Both the position numbers and the translations under genes were made by a program. From Scyliorhinus canicula (taxonomy: Eukaryota), in the NCBI RefSeq assembly GCF_902713615.1, contig NC_052158.1:43673159-43737158 (forward strand): DNA of 64,000 bases, written 5' to 3'. Below are positions 1 to 11,469 of the stretch, piece after piece. How positions within the stretch are numbered: position 1 is the stretch's first letter; each line of letters opens with the position of its first letter. Below the pieces are notes generated by a model. The model made no database searches. It was not told the origin of the DNA and saw only the letters and a list, made by a program, of their open reading frames with translations.

Positions 1-793
1 TATCGCCACGCTCACGGTCCAGGGTGTAGAATCCAGCGGCTTCTGCCTCTACGTCCTCCTCAACTTCTGAGCTGCCCTGCTACTCGGCCTTAACTTCCAG
101 TGTAACCTCCAGAGCCTAACATTGAAATTCGGCGGGCCCCTACCACCCCTTACTGTGTGCGGCCTAGCGACCCTCAAGGTCGACCCACCTTCGCTATTTG
201 CAAACCTAACCCCGGATTGGAAACCCGTCGCCACCAGGAGCAGACTGTACAGCACCCAGGACAGGACCTTCATCAGGTCCAAGGTCCACGACTGCTTCGG
301 GAAGGCATCATCGAGGCCAGAAACAGCCCCTGGAGAGCCCAAGTGGTAGTGGTGAAAAGTGGGGAGAAACACCGAATGGTCGTGGACTACAGCCAGACCA
401 TCAATCGGTACACGCAGCTTGACGCGTACCCCCTCCCACGCATATCTGATATGGTCAATCAGATTACACTGTACCGGGTCTTCTCAAATGTAGACCTAAA
501 ATTCACCTACCACAAGCTCCCCATCCGTAAGGCGGACCACCCATATACTGCCTTTGAGGCAGATGGCCGCCTCTACCATTTTCTCTGGGTGCCCTTCGGC
601 GTCACCAACGGGGTCTCGGTCTTCCAAAGGGAGTTGGACCGAATAGTCGACCGGTAATGGCTGCGGACCACTTTCCCGTTCCTAGACAATGTCATCATCT
701 GCGGCCACGATCAGCAGGACCACGATGCCAACCTTGCCAAATTTCTCCACACCACACTCGCCTAAACCTCACCTATAACAAGAAGTACGTATT

Positions 794-909
794 CACTGAG
801 GAAGGAGCAGCGCTCCGAAAGCTCGTGTTTGAAACAAACCTGTTGGACTTTAACCTGGTGTTGTAAGACTTCTTACTGTGCTTACCCCAGTCCAACCGGC
901 ATCTCCACA
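794..909 (+). mobile_element. Penelope-like element terminal fragment with hammerhead core, at left inversion breakpoint
   Basis: CTGAGGA-A-GGAGC-agc-GCTCC-GAAAGCTC-GTG (796-827) followed by aaacaaacctgttggactttaacctggtgttgtaagacttct, the same sequence as at 32.5-32.7 kb. Family call from recalled Penelope end sequences. Confidence 0.75.
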
Positions 910-1829
910 CTGTGGATATAGACGGGGAAGCTGAACAGAGCGAAGATTGTGTTGAGGGCTTTGATGACTATGGCAGACATCATGTCGGGGCATGGGATAG
1001 CAAAGGGGAAGCTTGAGTACTCGTCGACCACACTGAGGAAATACGTGTTACAGTCGGTGGAGGGGAGGGACCCTTTGAAATCCACGCTAAGGCGTTCAAA
1101 GGGGCGAGAGGCTTTCACCAGGCACGCATGGCCTGGCTGGTAGAAGTGCGGTTTGCAGTCCGCACAGACCTGGTAGTCTCTGGTGATTGCCCTGACTTTC
1201 TCGACGGAGTAGGGCAGGTTGCAGCCCTTGATGAAGTGGTACAACGGTGTGACTCCCGGGTGACAAATGTTGTCGTGCAGGGTCCGGAGTCGGTCTACTT
1301 GTGCGCTGGCACATGTACCTCGGGATAGAGCATCTGGGGGATCGTTGAGCTTACCGGGGCTATACAAAATCTCATAGTTGTAGGTGGAGAGCTCGATCCT
1401 CCACCTCAAGATTTTGTCGTTTTTGATCTTGCCTCGCTGTGTGTTGTTAAACATGAAGGCAACCGACCGTTGGTCAGTGAGAAGAGTGAATCTCCTGCCG
1501 GCCAGGTAATGCCTCCAATGCCGCACAGCTTCAACGATGGCTTGGGCCCCTTTTTCGACGGAGGGGAAAAGGTGGACTGGATGAGAGGGCGGGCCTTGTC
1601 CGCATAGTTTGGGACCCACTGGGCGTAGTAAGAAAAGGACCCCAGGCAGCGCTTGAGGGCCTTGGGACAGTGGGGCAGGGGAGCTCCATGAGGGGGCGCA
1701 TGCAGTCGGGATTGGGTCCCAGAACTCCGTTCTGGACCACATAGCCGAGGATGGCTAAGCGGTTTGTGCTGAATACGCACTTCTTGTTATAGGTGAGGTT
1801 TAGGCGAGTGGCAGTGTGGAGAAATTTGG
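908..1829 (-). mobile_element. Inverted internal segment of the Gypsy element (RT end, RNase H, integrase N-part)
   Basis: Minus ORFs 882-1742 and 1531-1887 encode RNase H (AIVEAVRHWRHYLAGRRFTLLTDQRS) and the integrase HHCC/core start (HPGVTPL, RPFERLSVDFKG), filling the gap in the + strand element. Confidence 0.9.
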
Positions 1830-1860
1830 ACTTTAACCTGGTGTTGTAAGACATCTTACT
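1826..1860 (+). mobile_element. Penelope-like fragment at right inversion breakpoint
   Basis: ttggactttaacctggtgttgtaagacatcttact matches 843-877. Confidence 0.75.
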
Positions 1861-2722
1861 ATATCCACAGTGACAGGGGATCCTCATTCACGAGTGATGA
1901 GCTGCGTCAGTTCCTGCTCAGCAGGGGTATCGCCTCCAGCAGGACGACCAGCTATAACCCCCGGGGAAACGGGCAGGTGGAGAGGGAGAATGGGACGGTC
2001 TGGAGGGCCATCCAGCTGACCCTACGGTCTAGAGATCTCCCGGCCTCCTGCTGGCAGGAGGTCCTCCCTTATGCACTGCACTCCATTCAGTCGCTCCTAT
2101 GCACTGTGACTACCGACACACCCCATGAACGTCTCTTTGCCTTCCTCAGGAAGTCCACATCCGGGGTGTCACTCCCGACTTGGCTCGCAGCTCCAGGACC
2201 CGTACTCCTCCGTAAGCACGTATGACTCCACAAGGTGGACCCGTTGGTTGAAAGGGTGCAATTCTCCACACTAACCGCCAGTATGCCTACGTAGCATACC
2301 CCGACGGCTGCCAAGATACTGTCTCCCTCAAGGACCTGGCACCAGCAGGGTCCACACACACACACACACACACAACCCTCCGGCCCAGTGCCACCCTCCC
2401 CTCCCCTGGCGCTCCCATCAGCAACCCCCCCCCCCCCCCCCAGGACCATCAGTCCTCCCCCTGCCCAAGCCCGGGGATGAGGAGGATTTCGGCACGCTCC
2501 CTGAGTCACCGAGGACCAGACCAACACTGGAATCGCCGCCACCACTGCGTCGCTCCCAACGTCATATTAAGGCCCCGGACCGGCAAAACCTGTAATTGGT
2601 TCGGGACTGTTAAACCACCTTGTACTGGACTTCAAAAAAAATTTTTTGCCTCTGTATATTAAACTTGTTCTGTATATAGTTCTCCGCCACCCCCACCGGA
2701 CTCAATTTTAACAGGGGGTGAA

Positions 2723-2951
2723 TATGGTAATCACCACTGTTGTATATATTAGGAGATGTGTGGTACGACACTGTACTACAGGTACGGGGATAGTCCCTGC
2801 CTGCTGGTTCCACCCAGTAGGCGGAGTATAAATATGTGTGCTCCCCGTACAGCAGCCATTTCGCCAGCTGCTGTCGGAGGCCACACACCTTAAGAGTAAT
2901 AAAGCCTCAGTTGTATTCAACTCTCGTCTTTGTGCAATTGATCGTGCATCA
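2723..2951 (+). repeat. 3' LTR of the Gypsy element
   Basis: Follows a purine tract, has AATAAA near 2898 and ends TGCATCA. Starts TA rather than TG. Confidence 0.6.
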
Positions 2952-4195
2952 GTCTGTTAACCCATTCCTAACAACACACTGCTGAGACAGACAGTGCTTT
3001 GGAAGGATAGCTCCCCTGTGTGAGCACTGGAGGGTGAACAACACAGACAACTCTCAGTGTAAGGGAAGCAGGTGAGCCAGCTCCAAGTCCATGTGGGATG
3101 TTGATGTTTGGTGTAAGAGGAGTAGGTGAAACAATCCTGACACATGTCACACTGGAAGGGTGTGTCTCCCATGTGGGTTCATTGATGTTCCAGGAGGTCC
3201 AACAACTGTGTGGTTTCATTACAGAACTCACACTGATAGGATGTCTCCACTGTGTGAGTGTGTTTATGGATCAGGAGATACACTGACTATGTGAAACCCT
3301 CGTCACACCCCTCACAGATTTTGCTGCTGCTTCAGGAAATCAGAGGACTGCATAAAAGGCCTGTCACAAACATCACCATTGTAGAGTTTCTGCAGTGTCC
3401 AAATCTTTTGGTGTCCAAGGAGCATCAAAGGTCCCACAAAAGCTTCATCCTTTGTTGGGATGGGTTAACAGACCTTCCAATTGAATACTAATTTGATGTC
3501 ATTCATCCTTTGTTGGGATCCTCTGATGGAAGGTTTTTATGACGTTGAGAGTGAATTGTTGGAACCTCACACTTGAATATCTTTTCCTGTGTGTCAGGAG
3601 ATTGGAAATGTGCACAAAAGTTGTCTTACAGACCTCACATCTGAAGAGTTTCTCTCCTGTTTGATTACGTTGGTGTAAGAGGAGGCATGGTGTTTGCGAG
3701 ATGCTTGTTCCACACCTCAGATTTGAACGGCTTCTCCATAGTGTAGATGTGTCAGTGATTCGCCAGTGTCGATGTCTGTGCAAGGCTTCATCACACTTGT
3801 ATGGTTTCTCTCCTTTTCTTAAAAATACTTTTATTCTCCATTTTCATATTTTCTTGATGTCAATCCCCTTGTCAACAACAACGATCCCATCCTCCCTCCA
3901 CCCCAAACAATGGCCCACCTGTATGGTTTCTCTCCTGTCTGGCCCCTCAGATGCATCAGAAATCTCGAGGATTTAGTGAAGCGCAATCCCCCACGATTTT
4001 CTCCCTGTGTGGATTGTGTTACGACCCCCTGGGCTGGGAACAGGAAACACGATTTCCTCCAATTTCCTCTCCTCCTTTGTTGAAGGAGCTGACTCCGCAG
4101 TTAGAGAGTGTTCCACAGTGAGTGTCAGTCTGCTAATCCCCAGTGTGGGGGATCAAATACAAGTCCTTTCTATTCCCTCACTTGACTGTCACACA

Positions 4196-4503
4196 CCTAA
4201 TAATCTTTATTAGTGTCACAAGTAGGCTTATATTAATACTGCAATGAAGCTACTGTGAAAATCCCCTAATCGCCACACTCCAGCACCTGTTCGGGTACAC
4301 AGGGAGAATTCAGAATGTCCAATTCACCTAACAAGCATGTCTTTTGGGACTTTCTGGGAGGAACCCTGAGTACCCAGAGAAAAGCCAGACAGACACAGGA
4401 AGAAGGTGCAGACTTTGCACAGACAGTGACCCAAGCCGGGAATCGAACCCGGGTCCGTGACGCTGTGAAGCAACAGTGCTGACCACTTTGCTACCATGCT
4501 GCC
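4196..4503 (-). mobile_element. tRNA-headed V-SINE, long-tail type
   Basis: On -: GGCAGCATGGTAGCA..TGGT (A box), GGTTCGATTCCC (B box), V-core, tail ending AATAAAGATTATT. Confidence 0.8.
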
Positions 4504-4560
4504 TAAAAGGACACTGGACAGTGACCAGGAGAAAATAACGTGGCTACTTTCTTTCTTCCA

Positions 4561-4706
4561 GGGGCAGCACGGTAGCACTGTGGTTAGCACTGCTTCCTCA
4601 CAGCAGTGAGCGGGAACGGGCCCAGGTGAGGTGCTCTTTCAGAGGGTTGGTGCAGACTCGATGGGCAAATGGCCTCCTTCTGCACAGTAGGGATTCTATG
4701 TTTCCA
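4561..4706 (+). mobile_element. Internally deleted V-SINE inserted in the ZNF pseudogene
   Basis: Head GGGGCAGCACGGTAGCA joined to the tail ...GGCCTCCTTCTGCACAGTAGGGATTCTATG. TTCCA on both sides; the paralog at 56.72 kb has the empty site. Confidence 0.75.
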
Positions 4707-5659
4707 CCCAGACCCCCATCTTTATAGTCACCATGAGGACATTGGAAAAGACAGTCAGGCAGAGTGTAAAACGGGCTATCCATTCACTATGAGTTTGAGT
4801 CGCGTTGGTGAAGACTAGTTTCACCCTTTGAGTATGTGTTTAAAATAAGAAAAACTCAGGAGACATGTTAATTCAATGGAGATTTTGAAATATTGTCTCT
4901 TATTTTCCCCAATTATTTGAAGAAAACACACTGGGCAGAAAGTGCTGGAAACTGAGGAAAACCATTGCTTCAGCATAGCTGATTGAAGGGTTCTGGTTTA
5001 TCCTGGGAAATTAGACACACTGCACTCACTCAGACTGCACATCCCAAATTCAGCTCAGATACATCACTGGTCTAAACAATCAAATACAGAACCAACTTTG
5101 AAGCAAGGCACAATGCTCAAATGTCTTCAGCTAAAAATAATCTAATCAATATTCAAACCCAGCCTCCCCCTGGGTTGATGGTGGAACTCTTCTCCAAACC
5201 AATCAGGTCCTCCCCACTGTCGAGAGGCAATAGTCAAGAGTGTGATTAAACACTCACCATTCACATGGATGGCAACATCTTCAGAAACTGGAGTCTCAAC
5301 AGTGTCAAGAACAGTTCCCCTAATCAGAGCTGTTCCTCTTAGCTTCCAAACCCATTCTCTCCGCCACCAGTACACTATTCAGAGGCTATCTAGATATTCT
5401 GGGATACAATCTGAATAAACTCTGCCCCTTCACTTAATGGATATTTAATCGTAAACATTACTGTGGATATTATGGGATACAATGTGTGTGAACTCTGCTC
5501 CTTCACTCACTCAATATTCAATCCTGACCATTAGTATGGATATTATGCAGTGTAATTATTATAAATTCTGTTCTTTCGCTCACCGTCTCTTCACTTAGTT
5601 CTCAGCCCTTACAGGAAGTGAAGGATGGAAAATCTACTCTGCCAGATCAATTTAGGCAA

Positions 5660-5890
5660 AGGCAAAGAACAAACCAATCCCAAAATTGGGAATCATGGAG
5701 AAGAATTTTTTTTTAGATTACAGGAATATATCAAGATTAAGTAAGAAATCAGAAGAGGTACAAGTTTACTTATTTTTATTCTTGTTTGGTGCAATTGCTG
5801 ATGAGGAAATCCAAATGCTAGGCTTTGAGGAATCCTCAGCTAGTTTTGCTGAAATATTAAAAGCCTTTGATAAGATAACAGACTCAAAAA
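5660..5890 (+). mobile_element. Gypsy gag fragment
   Basis: ORF 5686-5922 (YRNISRLSKKSEEVQV...G..AD) resembles a Mag-type Gag N-terminus. Confidence 0.5.
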
Positions 5891-5924
5891 CGGCTTCTTC
5901 CCCACTGTCATCAGACTCCTAAAT

Positions 5925-6145
5925 GACCCTCTTATTGACTGACCTCATTAACACTACACCCCTGTATGCTTCATCCGATGCCGGTGCTTATGTAGTTACA
6001 TTGTATATCTTGTGTTGCCCTATTATGTATTTTCTTTTATTCCCTTTTCTTCCCATGTACTTAATGATCTGTTGAGCTGCTCACAGAAAATACTTTTCAC
6101 TGTACCTCGGTACACGTGACAATAAACAAATCCAATCCAATCCAA
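5925..6145 (+). mobile_element. LINE/SINE 3' end with (CCAAT)n tail; second copy on - at ~50945-51150
   Basis: tacacgtgacaataaacaaatccaatccaatcc; the reverse complement occurs at 50950-51000. Confidence 0.55.
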
Positions 6146-6764
6146 GTATTTTAAACCTCCAAATTGTGGAGAGTACAGACCTTTAAAATAAAATGTAACG
6201 AATGCTGACAATTAAGTCCCAAAAGGACAAGAAGACACAGGGTGAGGGAGACGGGAGACTGCAGGCCGAGGGAGACAATACCCAAGAAAACTACAAAATG
6301 GTGGCAGATCATGAGGTGGAATTGTATGGCCTCTCTCGCCGGCGCAATTTTCTGTTCCCGCTGAAGTCAGTGGAGTTTTGAATGGCTGGCAGCCACAGAG
6401 CTGTACATTAACAGCACAATGAAGTGCACAAGCCAAAGAGCTTAGAGGAAAGAAGAGGCTGAGATATAGTTGAATGGTTTAAAACAGCGACTCATGAACA
6501 TGTTGACACATTGCCCAAATTAGAACAGCAGGTGGCAGTGTTGAGTGGGCAGCTGGCTGTGAATGAAAGAAAGCTGTCTGATGTTTATCTTCATTCTTTG
6601 GATGTGCACGTCACTGGCTGTGCCAGTGTTTATTGCCCTTCACTAATTGCTCTCGAGGGGTGAGTGGCATTAACCATATTTTTATGGATCTGGATCACAT
6701 GTAGGCCAGACCAGGTAAGGTTGGCTGATTTCCTTTGCTAAAGGACATTAGTGAACCAAAGTGA

Positions 6765-7020
6765 AAATGCTGGAAAATCTCAGCAGGTCTGGCAGCATCT
6801 GTAGGAAGAAAAACGTTTCGAGTCCAATGACCCTTTGTCAAAGCTAACAGACAGAACAAGTGGGAAATATTTATACTGTGGAGTGAGAATGAGAGATGAG
6901 AGAAACATGAACCGTATAAATATTTCCCATTTTCCCCGTCTGTTAGCTTTGACAAAGAGTCATCAGACTCGAAACGTTAGCTCTTTTCTCTCTTGTTTCA
7001 GATTCCAGCATCCGCTGTAA
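6765..7020. mobile_element. Inverted pair of Penelope-like terminal fragments (second family)
   Basis: Arms ~6812-6873 and ~6915-6978 are reverse complements; flanks match fragments at 23280-23400 and 58150-58220. Confidence 0.65.
6945..6982 (+). ncRNA. Minimal type I hammerhead ribozyme motif with U3-A8 core
   Basis: AGCT / UUGACAA / A / GAGUC-auca-GACUC / GAA / ACGU / U / AGCT: 4-bp stem I, 5-bp stem II, palindromic loopless stem III. Activity untested. Confidence 0.6.
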
Positions 7021-7805
7021 TTTTCTTTTATACTTTAGTGAACCATTTGGGTTTGTGCAACCATCGACAATAGTTTCATGGTCATCATTAGACTTTTAAT
7101 TCCAGACTTTTATTGAATCCAAATTTCACCATCTGCTGTGGTGAGATTTGAACCGACGTCCCCAGAACATTATCCTGGGTCTCTGGATTGCCAGCCCAGT
7201 AACAAAACCACTACATCACCACCTCCCCCAAAATAACCCAGTGAAAAGAAAATGAAACAATTCTACAGGAAAATGTTTGTATCAAAGCTGAGTTGGAAGA
7301 ATACAATTTGAAGTACAGCCAGGCGTGACAGCAAGCAGAAAATGCATTCAAAGAAGGTATTGCCTTAAATGACTCTGAAGACTCCGTACGTACCCCTGGA
7401 AAAACATGAGGAAGTAAAGAAAATGTTGGGTGCGACTTTCCCACTGCATTGCGCATGGTACCAATCCCATTGCACCAGGTGCATTGCGGGAGAGGCCCAA
7501 ATTGGGCACAGAACCCAACGCGAGTCACCCGACCCGAATCATGCAGTCACTGGGCATGATCCAGATAATATTATGACTCATTGAAATATGCAGGGCCTGG
7601 TTGAGGCCGCATTCTCCCGGCACCATCTCCACAAGCGGAGACAAGGCATGATGGCCACCCTGGGGGACATGCAGGCCATTGGAGCCCCCTGGGTGGCCGG
7701 GGACAGAACAGGGCAGTGCCCTGGCACTCCCCTTGGCAGTGCCCTGGCACTCCCCTTGGCAGTGCCAAAACTGGAAACTCATTTCCATACATTTTAATAT
7801 AATTA

Positions 7806-8015
7806 GCAGGGTGACACGGTGGTGCAGTGGTTAGCAGTGCTTCCTCACGGAACTGAGGAACCGGGTTCGATCCCGGCCCAGGTCACTGTCCGTGTGGAGT
7901 TTGCACATTCTTCCCATGTCTGTGTGAGTCTCACCCTCACAACCTAAAGATGTGCAGGGTAGGTGGATTGGCCACGCTAAATTGCCCCTTAATTGGAATT
8001 TTTAAAAAAAATTAA
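7806..8015 (+). mobile_element. V-SINE, short A-rich-tail type
   Basis: A and B boxes, V-core gtgtggagtttgcacattct, tail aaattgccccttaattgg...aaaaaaa. Confidence 0.8.
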
Positions 8016-8145
8016 GATAATTAATTCCTCCCTTGCTGACCTGATGCCTCATGTGTTTACAACTGCCTTTCAGGTGAAGGGAACGCACCTGGGACGCACT
8101 TGTAAATATAGCCCCTAGAAAGTGAGGGTTAATTCCCAGTCAGTA

Positions 8146-8240
8146 CCCTGGTACTGCCCCTCCCACCCTGGTACAGCCCCTCCCACCCTGGTACTGCCCC
8201 TCCCACCCTGGTACTGCCCCTCCCACCCTGGTACTGCCCC
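8146..8240. repeat. 20-bp tandem repeat, ~4.7 copies
   Basis: Unit ccctggtactgcccctccca. Confidence 0.9.
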
Positions 8241-8377
8241 TTGCACTGTCAGAGTGGCGCTGCCAGGGTGCCAGGGGGCAGTTTTGAGGAGGGACGTTTG
8301 GAGAGCTCCACCGAGGTGGGGGATTCCCTCTGGGTGGGGGGGGGTGTTATCCTCATGCGTGTCGGGGGACAGTTCCT

Positions 8378-9112
8378 GGGCGCGATTCTCCGCACTCACG
8401 ACGGTGCGGAGAATAGCGGGGGTCGTAAATTTTTACAGCCACGCTAGTCTGACGCCCTCCCGCTATTCTCCCCCCCCCCCCCACGCCCGCCTCCCGACAC
8501 GAATCGCTGCCGCCGTTTTTTTACGGCGAGCAGCGATTCTCAGCTGGCCGATGGGCCGAAGTCCAAGCCCTATACGACCGTTTTTAGGAACGTCAAACAC
8601 ACCTGGTCTGACCGTTCGTAAAAATGCCGTAAAGTTGGGATCTTGGCAACCATGGCACCGATTGGCACGGCAGTACCACGGCCGTGCCAAGGGTGCCATG
8701 GGCCCGCGATCGGTGGGCACCGATCGCGGGCAGCGGGTACTTACCCCACGCACTCTTTGTCCTTCCGCCGCCCCGCTGTATCCATTCGCGGGGCGGCTGA
8801 GGGGCATCCCGGCCCGCGCATGCGCGGGTTTCGAGCAAATGCGCGATGACGTCATCCGCGCATGCGCGGGTTGGTCTTCCAATCCGCGCATGCGCGGCTG
8901 ACGTCGTGTGACGCGTCAGCCGTCACAAACTCTGGCAAGCGGGCTTAACGAAATTTGTTAAGTCCGCGATGCCGGAGTTCACGGCCGCGGCATGCTAGCC
9001 CCGACCGGGGACAAGAATCGGTTCCCGGTCGGGGGGGGCGGAGGCTGGCGTCAAACCCGCCCGTTTTTGACGCCAGCCTTACGATTTCTCCCGGTTTGGG
9101 AGAATCTCGCCC
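8378..9112. mobile_element. PIF/Harbinger-type MITE
   Basis: TIRs GGGCGCGATTCTCC / GGAGAATCTCGCCC with a 3-bp TSD CCT (8375-8377, 9113-9115); CpG-rich. Confidence 0.8.
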
Positions 9113-9267
9113 CCTGTGTTTTATATTGAAGATCTGGCACCCCCCGATCTCAGGAATGTCCAGCTGCCAGCCTTTTCCAGCTCGCTCCACCAGTGTAACA
9201 GTGCGCGCTACACCCCTATTTCATTTTGCAGCCTGCGAGCTACTCGCCAGTTTTTCTGCCTCAAAAT

Positions 9268-10398
9268 AGAGTCACTGGGTGCCTTTGAGACGGAGATAGA
9301 TAGGTTCTTTTTTTAACAAACAATTTTATTGAGGTATTTTTTGGCATTGTAAATAGTTACAGATAACAGAAATATACAAACATCAACAGAAAACTTCAAT
9401 CAAACCATAATGCACATGCCCACTCCTCTCCCATAGACATTACCCGCCTATTTATCCCTCCTACCCTACTCTAATCTCCCCCCCCCCCGCTGACGTTCAC
9501 TCTCCCGCGAAGAAGTCGATGAATGTTTGCCACCTTCAGGCGAACCCCAGTACAGATCCCCTCAAGGCAAACTTAATTTTTTCCATACCCAGAAAACTTG
9601 ACATGTCCGAAAGCCATAGTTCGGTCTTCGGGGGTTTTGAATCCCTCCATGCCAGCAGTAGTTGCCGCTGGGCTATCAGGGAAGCAAAGACCAGAACATT
9701 GGTCTCTTTCTCCCCCTGGACTCCCGGGTCTTCCGAAACCCCGAAAATTGCCACCCTGGACTCATCACCACCCTTGTTTTCAGCACCCGGGACATGACCC
9801 CCGCAAATCCCTCCCAGTACCCCGTAAGCTTAGGGCATGCCCAAAACATGTGAACGTGGTTCGCTGGTCCTCCTGCACATCTAGCGCACTTGTCCTCTAC
9901 CCCATAGAATTTGCTTATCCGAGCCACCGTCATGGTGGGCCCGGTGAACAACCTTAAATTGAATGAGGCCGAGCCTTGCAGATGTTGCGGTTGAGTTTAC
10001 CCTACTCAGGGCTTCCGCCCAAAGCCCGTCCTCCATCTCCCCGCCAAGCTCCTCCTCCCATTTGAGTTTCAGTTCCTCTGTCTGGGACTCTTCCCCCTTC
10101 ATGAGCACCTTGTAAATATCCGAAACTCTACCATCTCCTCCTTCTCCTCCAGAGACTATTCTGTCCTGGATCCCTATTGGCGGGAGGCGTGGGAAGGATG
10201 GGACCTGTCTGCATACAAAGTCCCGTATCTGTAAGAACCTAAAGTCATTTCCCGCGATAGATAGGTTCTTGATGATTAAGGGTTATGGGGAGAAGGCAGG
10301 AGAATGGGGATGAGAAACATATCAGCCATGATTGAATGGTGGAGAAGGTTCAATGGGCCGAATGGCCTAATCCTGCTCCTATTTTTTATGGTCTTATG
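9268..10398 (+). mobile_element. CR1-type LINE 3' end, split by an L1 insertion
   Basis: gagatagataggttcttgat...gggccgaatggcctaatcctgctcct...tatggtcttatgg is continuous once 9310-10255 is removed. Confidence 0.7.
9310..10255 (-). mobile_element. 5'-truncated L1-clade LINE (ORF2 C-terminus and 3' UTR)
   Basis: Minus ORFs match the C-terminus of the 24-30 kb L1 (RLGLIQFKVVHR, C-x2-C...HMFWAC). Poly(A) at 9310. 15-bp TSD GATAGATAGGTTCTT at 9295-9309 and 10256-10270. Confidence 0.9.
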
Positions 10399-10879
10399 GA
10401 AACATCTCTCCAAGAAACAAAGTGAGGGTCTGATGAGTGAATTGAAGGAGTCTAAGGAGCAGTCGGTGACCGCGTAAGAAAGATCCCGAAATGAACTGCA
10501 TGCCCAAGTGAAGGTGTTAAGCTTGCATAACGGTTCTGCAAGCAACTCTAAAACTAAGACAAATGAACTCACCAGAGTAGGTGCTGAGCTGATGAAAAGT
10601 TTCAGAAGCTTGAAAAATAATTGGAAAATAAGAGAGCAAATAAGTTGGAGAAATTCTGAAACAAGTAGAAATGACAGTTCAATTTTTGAAATGTCACCCT
10701 CCAGGAAGAATATGGAAGAGCGCGCAGGGAAAGGAAATCCGAGTCCAGTCAATGAATGGACGTAGTGAACATTTACTCCGGGATGAATGGGATAAATCAA
10801 TGGTATCCAAGCAAAAAAGACGATGGTTGAGGAAGAAAAACACATCACGGAAAAGTGTAAGAAGCAAATAATTTAAAGA

Positions 10880-11469
10880 GACTCGAGTATCTGAAACACC
10901 GAACACGACAATGTCAACTCCAAACCGATAGAGTCAGGCCAAAGCAACTGAGGCTGCACCTCCTCCGAATGTGAAAGGAGCAAGCTGTGGAAAAGTAGTA
11001 AAGCCTCCACACCAACTGAATTTGTAAAGTCAGAAAGGTTCTGGGGGAGCAGGAGGAGCATGGTAAATGATGTGTTGGGTATGCTGGGTCTGTGAGGACT
11101 GTGTTTACCATAGCAGTAACATAGACAGGCTACCAACACTTGTAGAAATATAAGTCTATTTTATTTAACTATGAGCTGTTAAACATACTTGCACTGTGGG
11201 TCGACACTATGTTAGATTGACTGAAGACCTATGGCTAACCTGATCAGCCTATACTGCTAGCACATGGTAGATGTTTGTGCTACTGACTGCGGGCTCTGTC
11301 TGTCTCAGAGGCTGTATCCCGAATGAGCGGGAAAACTAGTGCCCTCTGGCTTTATAGTGACCGTGCCCTAACTGGTGATTGGCTGCTGTATTGTGTGTGT
11401 TGATTGGTCTTGCAGTGTGTCAGTCAGTGAGTGTCTGCACCATTATATACTGATGTGTATATTATGACA
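10880..11469 (-). mobile_element. Gypsy 5' LTR, PBS and gag start
   Basis: LTR-like 11135-11469 resembling the 58/63 kb LTR architecture (ends TATTATGACA on +). TGGTAGC follows it on -. Gag-like residues at 10880-11060. Confidence 0.55.

Larger units (their letters stand above)
1..2951 (+). mobile_element. Gypsy/Ty3 LTR retrotransposon, 3' part (RT, RNase H, integrase, 3' LTR), decayed and internally inverted; 5' part outside window
   Basis: ORF 157-657 has Ty3 RT motifs (SPWRAQVVVVK, RMVVDY, YPLP, VPFGVTN), with FLDNV in a shifted frame near 680. Integrase core at 1870-2225 (YNPRGNGQVERENG). Purine tract ~2711-2722, then an LTR-like block 2723-2951 with AATAAA ending in CA. Confidence 0.9.
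2960..5640 (-). pseudogene. Decayed C2H2 zinc-finger gene, paralog of the locus at 54.0-57.5 kb
   Basis: Broken fingers (TGEKLFRCEVCKTTFVHISNLLTHRK in ORF 3499-3783). Non-coding blocks align by eye: 2975-3300 with 54053-54420, 4040-4200 with 56510-56660, 4700-5100 with 56720-57120, 5480-5630 with 57430-57530. Confidence 0.85.
7430..9265. mobile_element. Old GC-rich non-autonomous element hosting a SINE, a 20-bp repeat and a MITE
   Basis: Starts with a TIR-like GGGTGCGACTTTCCC and has GC-rich internal repeats (cagtgccctggcactcccctt x2). Boundaries uncertain. Confidence 0.35.

Noticed and set aside
8122-8901. 259-aa ORF and similar GC-rich ORFs at 33.2-34.2 and 37.6-38.2 kb
   Set aside because: They cross MITE boundaries and tandem repeats; open only because of high GC.
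10400-10870. 85-aa ORF 10508-10765 as a host exon
   Set aside because: No splice context or recognisable domain; probably decayed retroelement sequence.
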